From contig NC_057711.1 of NCBI RefSeq assembly GCF_004010195.1, positions 71,338,511 to 71,402,510 of the forward strand: 64,000 nucleotides of DNA. The letters are read 5' to 3'. The stretch is from Chiloscyllium plagiosum (taxonomy: Eukaryota). Shown piece by piece: positions 39,975 to 49,845 of the stretch. Position numbers and translations under genes: made by a program. The notes below the pieces were generated by a model. That model had not been told where the DNA came from, did no database searches, and saw only the letters and a program-made list of their open reading frames with translations. Numbering within the stretch: position 1 is the first letter of the stretch; the number at the start of each line of letters is the position of its first letter.

Positions 39975-41165
39975 TCAAGTATTGCTGTCAAAAAGGGACA
40001 TTTTGTCAAAGCATTTTGTCTTGAATACATCAGAGAAATTCATAAGAATGCCAACTCAAGGGGAATGTTAATAGGGACTTGAGTGGAGAATACCGACTGG
40101 TTGGAAAGTGCACTCTGATTAGGAGAGATTAGTAGCTATGGAGAAGGCACCACTTAATGTAAACTGGTAAGATTTCCTTAAATGTTAAACCAAGATCGTT
40201 CAGGGCATTGCCTAAGAAATAAATCAGCAAATGACTGTAATCTATTTTATTGGGTTGGGCTAGTATGGTGGCTCTGTGGTAGGCACTGCTGCCTCACAGC
40301 ACCAGGGACACAAATTTGATTCCAGCTTCTGGCGAATGTCTGTGCGGAGTTTGCATGTTCTCCCCCGTGTCTGCTTAGGTTTCCACCCACAGTTCAAAGA
40401 TATGCAGGTTAGGTGGATTAGCTGGGCTAATTGTTTATAATGTGCAGGTTAGGTGGATTAATCATGTGATAGAATAGGGGACTGGTTCTGGGTAAGCTGC
40501 TCTTTGGAGGGTCGGTGCAAACTCAGTGGGCTGAATAGCCTCTTTCTGCACTGATGGATTCTATCATTTTGTGAAACTGGTGCAGTGTGTGTACATGTTC
40601 TTTCTGCAAACAACAGGGCCTCTGTATTAATATACATACCATCCAGTGTACATGAGAGTGACACACTGCAAACCTGACTGACAAACCAAAATTGGTTTTC
40701 AGCATAATTCTTCACACACTCAGGATTATGTAGCAAATGTTGTTCAGTTGCAGAGTCCAATCTAATGTTAGCCAGTGTGTTGTGAGTTTTGTGTGTGCTG
40801 ATTGCTTAAGGTCACCACTATGCTTGTTGTCAATATCAAAAGAGATACGATGTGATCCACCAGTTTTTGCAACATACCATTTACATACCTGGTATCATAC
40901 TAGCACTGAAATTTGTACACCAAAGTTAAGCAAAGCCTGGCAGTTAACTGTCAAATGTCATTATTTGATACATTCTCCATTGGACATTCTCCATTCTCTA
41001 CATTGGTCATACCTCTACCAATCAGAAACTACTAACAACCAATGAAAACACTCCTCTCTGCAGTACAATTGTCAGAGTTTCTTTGCTTTGGTATTATTGT
41101 GCATTGCCCTGATGAAAGAAAGAAAAAGACTTTCAAAACATGTCTTTTTTCCAACAGTACTCAGA
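39975..41165 (-). mobile_element. Old PLE with GIY-YIG C-terminal remnant, flanked by inverted pLTRs (family D)
   Basis: ORF remnant DSATEQHLLHNPECVKNYAENQF...LCRQKEHV-like. Decayed CTGATG(A) hammerhead cores at ~40030 (minus) and ~41108 (plus). Confidence 0.65.
40255..40566 (+). mobile_element. HE1-like SINE nested in the old PLE
   Basis: ggtggctctgtggtaggcactgctgcctcacagcaccaggg...gcctctttctgcactgatggattctat. Confidence 0.85.
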
Positions 41166-43417
41166 AATAACAGTGAAAGCCTCATTAAGTGGCAAAACTA
41201 ACTAGATACTTTAATAACAAAATTTAGTTGATAGGTTTTGCACAATTTTGTAAACTTCTATGATGCAAACATTTAATCTCAATGGGTGTTACTTTCACTG
41301 TTATTTGGTCTAATGACAGCTGGTGTTAAGGCTAGGTTGATTTTTTTAATCTTTGAATATATACAGAATAAATCTGCATGATTTTGTGATTTTAAAAAAA
41401 TGGTGTGGTCGCCAACACTACAATGAAATAATAAATTACATAGCAACTTCTGGAAATTGCACATGCTCAGAGTTACATCCGGGATTGGAGAGTACTCCGT
41501 CACTTGGTCACACCACACTATGAGTCATAAAAATGTTTTATCCAGTTACTAATATGGCCAAATGCATATTTTCCTTACATTAGGTTTGGATTTTTAAAAG
41601 AAAATTAGTTTCTTTAATTAGGAACAAAATTATTGATTTATTGTGAAAAAATATTATTGTCAACAAAGATATGAAGCTGATTAGCACCTAGGTTGAAATA
41701 GGAAAGCATTACTGTTCGCCCTTCGAAATTAAACCCACATACAAGCACACATATTCTTAAAAAAACTTTCTCTACAGATATTAAATTTGTCAAAATTAAA
41801 CACTATGGCCAATAATTATTAATCCTTGAAGAAAAAAAAATAGGTATGACATTTTCAAGAGTGGCATTCAGTCAGCGTCCTGGGACATTTACAGATTCTG
41901 TTCAGGAATTGTTGAGAAATCAGAGACTTTTCAGCTGGAGCTGTGTTCCCATTATCAGCAAGGACTCACCAAAACAGTTTTCTGTGATAGGCAGAAGATG
42001 GGCTCTAGAGCTTCCCTCTTGCAGCAGGCTATACTGTAACTATACTCCAAACAATATCCCAAACAATATCCCATGGCATGTGAAATCCAGTGAATAGATC
42101 CAAGCAATTAACACACTGTGTGACCTCCAAGAAGTGTAAATTGTTTTTTAGTGGCCCTTTTTAAAAATAAAAGCCCAGGTATCTGTTCAGTATTAAGAAT
42201 GAACCATCGTCCAGGATGTTTAAATGTGAATCCTCAAAAAAATCTCCTCATGAAGCATCTTCATAACAGCAGCTAGTTTGCCCTGCTATCCAGAAACTAT
42301 ACTGAGCTGATGTGTTACGATGAGACTTGGCATTGAAGCTCATTGAAGAGGTGAAGCTGCTGTACTGTTGTGATGGATACTATTAAACTCACCAGAAGGG
42401 GTTCGAGCTTGCCAATTCTAGTGGAAGTAATGTCTTAACAGCATGAAAAGTTCACATTACCAGCACAAAATCTCCACGACATTAAAAATGCTACATGTAT
42501 AGGGACTCATTCCTTCCAATTTCAATTATTGCTTACTATTTAAACATTTTTATTTTGAAAGAAAAGGTTTATTTCTGCTTTTAAGCTGTTCCTCCTAATC
42601 ATTTTGTTTACTCCACATAGTTTTGCATTTGAAATAGTTTGCAACTGCAGATCTATCATGCTTTAGTAATCAATCTTCAGTCTTAGAAGATACATCGTCT
42701 GTTGCCCTGTTTACACTGAAACTAGATCCTTCTCTGCAGGGGAACTGTTGTCTTCTGACTTTCTAATTTACTGCATGTTCCAATGTAAAAAGGAGATTTG
42801 TAAATAGAAATTCTGTGGGGATTTTCAAGAGTAATGAATAGCTGCTGAAATTTGATTACATCTGACTCCAAAATCTGGGGTATTACTACCTTTCATGCAA
42901 ACTATATGTACTTCTTAGTTTGGTTCTTTCATAAAAGGTTAGATAAGAGAATTTTCATCTGGCCCTGAAGATGTTCCTGATTCGAAATAAAAATGTGATA
43001 TTAGACAAGAAAAAGTCCATACTTCAGGGAATTCCAATGTTTGACAGGAATGGATCCCTGCAATTCCTTTGTAGAGGATAAAGCATTAAAATATTTGCAT
43101 TGAAATTTTGCTGTTCTTTTGTAGGGGTTTTGTTTTAGTGATCCAGCTTTTAAAAATCTTCCTGCACTTTGCATCTGACAATTTCATGGGGCATTTTGAA
43201 ACTGTAACAGTATCAATTAGACAAAGGGAAAGGTGAAAGATACAATTCATCTGTAGAGCATTGAGAAATGACACCTAGAAATTGTAAGGCCTTTGTAGAG
43301 GAGAGTGTTGTACTTGCATCTGCTTCCAATATAACCAGTGAGTGTCCCAGTCTAGGAAAACTGCTCCTGCACTTGTCCCCAGGGAAACCACTGAACTGGT
43401 CCATCATGATTTCAGCT

Positions 43418-43616
43418 AGGAGAAAGTGAGGACTGCAGATGCTGGAGATCAGAGCTTAAAAATGTGTTGCTGGAAAAGTGCAGCAGGTCAGGCAGCATCA
43501 AAGGAACAGGAGAACAGGAGAATTCCTGAAGAAGGGCTTATGCCCGAAACGTCGATCCTCCTGTTCCTTTGATGCTGCCCGACCTGCTGTGCTTTTCCAG
43601 CAACACATTTTTAAGC
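43418..43616 (+). mobile_element. ORF-less hairpin element (inverted pLTR pair) with an intact hammerhead core in its loop
   Basis: Arms 43454-43512 and 43558-43616 are ~59-bp reverse complements with ~3 mismatches. ATGATTTCA lies near both flanks (43406, 43622). Confidence 0.85.
43522..43557 (+). ncRNA. Minimal hammerhead ribozyme motif (PLE family A)
   Basis: attc-CTGAAGA-a-GGGC-ttat-GCCC-GAAA-C-GTC-gatc. Confidence 0.8.
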
Positions 43617-44773
43617 CCAAAATGATTTCACTCAGTTCTACCAGCTGATTTTACATTCAACTTGAGAACTATGATCACAAGTATTCACTCGACATAATCA
43701 TTTACCACTCACTAAAGAAAATGCATGTGCAGCTGGAAGACAAATCCAACATTATTGTTATTTTAAATGGGCAGGAATACAACCTGTATGTAAGGCAATT
43801 TTTAAGGACTCTGCTATTGCAAATTATCTGGAAGTACTATGGAGAGGATGGGCAATAAATGCAGGCCTTCCCAGTAACAAGCACATCCCACAAACATCAT
43901 TTTGTAGAAAATCTCTGCATCATGTCCTTTGTCAATTTGAAGCCAGATAATTTCAAAATTCTTGAGAGCACCAGAAGGCTGTCTAGCAGGCTAACAAATG
44001 CATTCAATGTTTTAGTGTGCATTACTCTCAGTATTCTCCTGTTTGTCATTCCATTATTGTCCTCATCTCAGTCCCCTGTAAAAGAACTTCTCCATGACTT
44101 TGTCTTCCGGTGAGGTGGCATATAAACTATCTTTTCCTTTTATCTGACTGCAGCCCACTCATACCCACTTACTCAGAAGGAGCCATTCCTAGCACATTCT
44201 TGATACTGACACAAGTGCAGCAATTGAACAGGTGGCTACAAGGGTCACAGCAAATGATGGGACCCCTTCAGAAACCCTGTGCCTGTTGTTTCCTCTCTAC
44301 CTTCAAGCTGACTGGACAAGCAACCGGTCTTGGTGTCTGAAAGCAAAAAATCAGAATGAGGAGATTTAAGGTGGGAATTGGGGCTGGTTATAAAGAAGAA
44401 GAGATTTATGGTCTTACCATCTGCACATTTTGTAAGATACCAGGATGAGGGTGAGCTGAGAGATGAGAAGAGACATCAAGGCAGAACACACAATCATTCT
44501 TTGTGTTGTCAGCTTGGCAGTTACCATGGACTCTGTCTCACTAGATCCATGATCACTGCTGTAGGACTCAAGATATTCTAGTACCTTTGTCCCTTTGTTC
44601 CCTGTTATTGTGTGCCAACTTGTGCCACATGAGAGAGGATGTAATGTCAGTGATTGTGTAGCTTTGTGCTTGAACGTTATACCTTACCACAGCTAACAGG
44701 GGAGATATGTGGTGGCAGTGAGAGTTGAGGGTGAGGCTGGCATCATTGTAATGTTAGTGAGAGGGATGTGCAG

Positions 44774-45400
44774 TGTTATGGACCAGAGCAACCAACTTCA
44801 AAATATATTAAAAAGACAGTCTAGATCCTAACTTTATTTTAAAGGTAAGGGTAAGGCATTGTATTCCAGATGCAATTTGATTGGTCAAACTATCGACTTT
44901 AAGCAAAACACACTTTATTTTTACACTACAGTTAAAATACAGACAAAACAAAAAGAAAACAATTGACTTAACTGTAACTCTACTGAAATGCTGAGTAAAA
45001 TAATCTATATATTAACTATTACTAATTAACTACTCCAATATAGCAACATCGCATAAACACACCCTTGGCAAAGGCAAATTCAGTATAATAGATTGTCTCA
45101 CATGCAATTCTTACAGCAGGAGGAGAACCCCAGCTTTTAGCTGTAACAGAGAGAGGAATAAAAGCTTCCACATCCAGCTTCAAGACCCAACAACTGCTGA
45201 AAGCTAAAACAAAAAATCCTGGTTCTGTGGGAGTTAAACCCCTTTCAGGCTGCTTCTATTATTCCAACTTTGTAAATAAAACCAAGGCCTGACAAGGTGT
45301 TTACCCTCCTGGTTTTGAGCAGACTACTCAGTATCTTTGTATCAAACTCTCTCAGAAAAAAAGAACAAAATACACTTCTTAAAACCATAGTACCATCACA
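44774..45400 (-). mobile_element. Solo LTR (Gypsy-like), 627 bp
   Basis: TGTTATGG...CCATCACA termini (7/8 inverted match). 4-bp flanks GCAG/GTAG as a decayed TSD. AATAAA on the minus strand suggests the orientation. Confidence 0.75.
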
Positions 45401-46729
45401 GTAGTACCTGGTTATTAGATGTAAATCCTGTGTGCCAGTGGAGTGGTAATGGGTGAGTGATGGGGTATGATACATTAAGGAGTGTGGTGGGTTGTGTTGC
45501 AATGATCTTCCCTGCTCCTCACTACCTACTTCAAGTTATTTGGCATTTTGTGACACTGATCTTTGGGACCAAACTCCAGAAACTGACTTCATCATCACCT
45601 ATTCCTAATCCGTGTTGATTGCAGTCCTTCCAGGCCTCTTTCCTCCTTATAACATCTTCTCAGATTCATCGTCGCGAGTAGTGTCATCATGATTAATGTG
45701 AATGAGCAGCACACACCAGAGCTCATCATCTTATATGAGCTCTCTGTACTCTGGCTCACTATGAGGTGGATTTTGTTTTATTATTGTATAGATCTCAGAA
45801 AGGCAGTGTACCTTTAAGACAGTTTGGAGATACCACAACAAGTGACATTCCAGTCTACAGGTACTTTTCACATCTTGGTAGAGTCAGTGCAATAGAGTCA
45901 GTGAGGTGTATAGTCAGTCAATCAGCAATGTGTAGTGTTGCATTAATACAATATAATTGTAACATCAGTAAGCATAGAAGACACGCTATTTGTAAGTCTG
46001 ATACCTTATAATAGCATTAATAATTAGTGTTATCAATAAACTTCAAGACATCTGTCTCAACAAGAAATCAGTCTGAGTAGCATATGCTATGTGGGCTAAG
46101 GTATAAGAAAGGAATGAGTTAGATATTGGCAGTGTTGTTTACTTGAAGAAAGCACAATAGATTTACTGCCATCATCCTCTTTCAGGATAGGAATATACAT
46201 GGCTTGTTCCAGCTACTGTGGTAAAGGTGAATCATTTGGTAATCTCACAAGAAGAGACTGTAGTCTTAAAGAAGATATAGTTTGTTGCATTGTAGCAATT
46301 ATTCACAAGTTACACAGAAACAATGAGGAAGATGCAGATGGTTCGTCTTACTCCCTTGAGATCCCAGGCTGTTTTTCCTTTACATCCATATAACCAGCAG
46401 CATTGCGAATTGTGTTTAAAGCACTCCTCAGTATTAACATTTTTAGACCTTTACACCCATATATAACATCTCACTCCAAGCTTTTTTTCCATTATGAACA
46501 TTTATACATTTGTGAACATAATTACTTCACCAGCTTCTCCCTCTCAAATCTTTGACTTTACAACTTCAGGTGGTTTTCCAGTTTCATTATTCTACAGAAT
46601 GCTTTCCCTTCAGACTTTGGATATTGAAAAGGCAGAGACTTCTCAGGCACGAGCTTGGGCAAGAAATTTGAGTTGAAACTTTATTGCTGGAACAGCACAG
46701 CAGGTCAGGCAGCATCCAGGGAACAGGAG

Positions 46730-46765
46730 ATTCGACGTTTCGGGCACAGGCCCTTCTTCAGGAAT
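46730..46765 (-). ncRNA. Minimal hammerhead ribozyme in the PLE pLTR (family A), fully intact
   Basis: Minus strand ATTC-CTGAAGA-A-GGGC-CTGT-GCCC-GAAA-C-GTC-GAAT. Stem I ATTC/GAAT, stem II GGGC/GCCC, loopless palindromic stem III ACGT, GUC cleavage triplet. Confidence 0.88.
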
Positions 46766-47265
46766 GAGCAGAGAGTGTTCAGCAGGAGAAGATAAAGGTA
46801 GGGAGGAGGGACTTGGGAGGAGGGGCGTTGGAAATGTGATAGGTGGAAAGAGGTCAAGATGAGGGTGATAGGTCGGAGTAGGATGGAGGCGGAGAGGACA
46901 AGAAGAAGACTGCAGGACAGGAAGGCGGTGCGGGGCGGGGGGGAGCCGGCGGAGACAAGGGGGGGGGGGGGGGGAGGAAGAAACTGGTGAAGTCCAAGTT
47001 CATCCCCCGCGGTGGGAGGGTTCCCAGTCGGAAGATAAGACGCTCCTCCTCCGACCGTCGGGTTGTTGTGGTTTGGCGGTGGATGAGTCCAATGACCTGC
47101 ATATCCTCGGTGGAGTGGGAGGGGGAGTTGAAATGCTGTGCTACAGGGTGATTGGGTTGGTTCGTCCGGGTGGCCCAGAGGTGCTCTCTGAATCGCTCCG
47201 CAAGTAGGCGGCCTGTCTCCCCAATATAGAGGAGGCCACACCGGCTGCAGCGGATGCAGTAGATA

Positions 47266-47386
47266 ACCTTGTCTCAGTCAAATCCCTCGAACCACCTTGT
47301 CTCCGTCAAATCCCTCGAACCACCTTGTCTCAGTCAAATCCCTCGAACCACCTTGTCTCAGTCAAATCCCTCGAACTCAGCACCGG
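47266..47386 (+). repeat. Four tandem copies of a 28-bp unit (ccttgtctcagtcaaatccctcgaacca) inside the PLE
   Basis: Direct inspection; no spacers between units. Confidence 0.95.
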
Positions 47387-47902
47387 GCGGGGCTCAAGGG
47401 CGGAGGGGCGGGAAGTGGAGGAGATGCGGTGGAGGGCATCGTCGATCACGTCGGGGGGGGAAATTGCGGTCCTTGAAGAAGGAGGCCATCTGTGTTGTAC
47501 GTGTTTTGAACTGGTCCTCCTGGGAGCAGATGCGGCGGAGACGAAGGAATTGGGAGAATGGGATGGCGTTTTTACAGGGGGCAGGATGGGAGGAGGTGTA
47601 GTCCAGGTAGCTGTGGGAGTCGGTTGGTTTGTAGTAGATGTCCGTGTTGATTCGGTCGCCTGAGATAGAAACAGAAAGGTCTAGGAAGGGGAGGGAGGAG
47701 TCCGAGACTGTCCAGGTGAATTTGAGGTCGGGGTGGAAGGTGTTAGTGTAGTGGATGAACTGTTCAACCTCCTCGTGGGAGCACGAGGTAGCGCCGATAC
47801 AGTCATCAATGTAGCGAAGGAAAAGATGGGGGGTGGGGCCAGTGTAGTTGCGGAAGATGGATTGTTCTTTGAGAAAATCATACGAGATTGCCAGTAAGAA
47901 GC

Positions 47903-48032
47903 GATTCCTGAAGAAGGTCTTATGCCCGAAACGTCGATTTTCCTGCTCCTCGGATGCTGACTGACCTGCTGCACTTCTCCAGCATCACACTTTTCAACTC
48001 TGGTCTCCAGCAGCTGCAGTCCTCACTTTCTC
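47903..48032 (+). mobile_element. 130-bp solo pLTR/hammerhead unit with 12-bp TSD
   Basis: CCAGTAAGAAGC at 47891-47902 and 48033-48044. Core attc-CTGAAGA-a-ggtc-ttat-gccc-GAAA-C-GTC. Confidence 0.85.
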
Positions 48033-49391
48033 CCAGTAAGAAGCTTCTCAATGTTGACAGCACAAAAACCCTTTTTTCTAACCAACTGTTGAAAGGGGAG
48101 ATGAGAGTCTCCCCAGTGAGTCCTATTTATGCTTATTAACATCCCATCCCTACATCATCTCAACTTATTGATGGGCAGTTTCCCTTTCTCCCATGCGCTG
48201 GATAGAAACTAGATAGCAACAATTCCTGACATGAAATTCAGAACGGGTACTGATTTCTGTTAAGATTCAGCCTGATTCATTCCATAATTGCTTTGCAATG
48301 ACAAATATTTCATCTCCAGGGAACTGCCAACCTTTTCCTGCCACTGTATACCTCTAGCCAGGTCTGAAATGTTTTTACCACTCATTATCATTCCTGCTTT
48401 CTTGAATCTTATCACAATGTTGTCTTCTGTAGTTTCATGAATGTTCAGCTCTCCAAGCTGCATGAACAATCTTATTAACACTGTGTCTCGAGAAATCTTC
48501 TGACTTCCACCACTGCGGGCACGTAGGGAGCAGCTAAATGGGGTCCTTGTTGTTTTTCACTCTGTTTTCTGAACAATCCTTACTGCTGCACATTTTATGA
48601 GCTTTATGTGCCACTGTTAATTTGTTCAGGCTAAGGATGTGTAAGGATAGCTTGATCTAATAGGGTGAAGGAAAATTACTTGGTCATCAATGAGAAGGCG
48701 CTCGTGTCTTAAACAAGATGTAATTAATTGTAAAATAGCAACCATGTACAAGTTACACTGATGTGATGGACATTGGTATGGAAAGAACAAGAAAAACCAG
48801 ATGATAGCTCTTACTTCTTTGAGATCCTAAGCTGTTCTTCTACCAAGTCAATGCATCATAATCCTTTTAAGGCACTGCTCAACAAGAACTATTACAGATC
48901 CTTCAGCCCTGAAACAACAGCTGAAACCAACGGAACCCATCCACTAACCTACGAAACCTTTCTAGCCTGGTGGTCCTTTTCTTCAGAATTACATCAATTA
49001 CATGAAACAGCAGCTTCTCAGTATAATCAGTGCAGTTTCTATTTAAGAAAGATGGATTGAAAACAGTAGGCCACTGTTTTGTCCCCTGTGGACACTTAGC
49101 TACTCAATAACGTGAGCACCCCCCCCACTCCCAAGACCAACTCTACAACAGATAAAAGAGGTGTTAGATGAGACAAATACAAACAGAAAAATACGTTGAA
49201 GCTAAGGGAACAAAATAAATTGGAGAAATGAAAAGAAAGTATGGAGTCAGATAGAATTACAAAAAAAGATGTATAACACAGAAAGAGGACATTCAACTCA
49301 AATGTAGTATGGGGGCCTACTTCACCTAACTCTAACAACATACACTTCAAGGTGGGGACAGTAATGAAATGAAAACAATGTTATTTTGGGT

Positions 49392-49506
49392 CCTATGGCC
49401 GAAACGTTAATTCGCCTGCTCCTCAGATGCTGTCTCACCTCCTGTGCTTTTCCAGCACCGCACTCTCGACTCTGATCTCCAGCATCTGCAGTTCTCACTT
49501 TCTCCC
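49392..49506 (+). mobile_element. Truncated solo pLTR unit (family A)
   Basis: ccGAAACGTT...ctcagatgctg...ccagcatctgcagttctcactttctccc, same tail as 47903-48032. Confidence 0.75.
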
Positions 49507-49629
49507 AATATTATTCTATGCCTTTGCTTAAAATTGCATCATACTATAGCTATTTTGATGTTTCTCTGTGAATTTGATTCAGGATGGGATGTTAATACAT
49601 ACCAACTGGACAGAATTTTTTATATATAT

Positions 49630-49845
49630 TTTTGTTCACAGACATTTATTGTCCATTCTTAATTCTCCCTGAACAGGCAATGGTGAGCTGTCACCTTGAA
49701 CAGTGCAGACCTCGGTGTGTAAGTACATCCATGATGCTATTAGGGAGGGATTTCAGGATTTTGACCCAGCTGCAAAGAAGGAGCAGGGAAATAGCTCCAA
49801 ATCAGAATGATGTGTGGCCTGGAGGAGAACGTGCAGATGGATCAC
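49630..49845 (-). mobile_element. L2/CR1-group LINE 3' fragment
   Basis: Colinear with 60200-60430. Confidence 0.7.

Larger units (their letters stand above)
46673..47867 (-). mobile_element. 5'-truncated Penelope-like retroelement: RT C-terminal half plus GIY-YIG endonuclease plus 3' pLTR
   Basis: Manual translation from 47867: EQSIFRNYTGPTPHLFLRYIDDCIG...FHPDLKFT...LPFLDL...TDIYYKPT...YLDYTSSHP. From 47266: VIYCIRCSRCGLLYIGETGRLLAERFREH...GMNLD. The linker is replaced by a tandem repeat and there is a +1 shift in a C-run at ~47455. Confidence 0.95.

Noticed and set aside
47266..47386. 28-bp repeats as a CRISPR array
   Set aside because: Head-to-tail with no spacers, no cas genes, vertebrate context, and derived from PLE sequence.
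46705..47974. Listed 178-, 110-, 112- and 97-aa ORFs as host genes
   Set aside because: Alternative frames or antisense of the GC-rich PLE.
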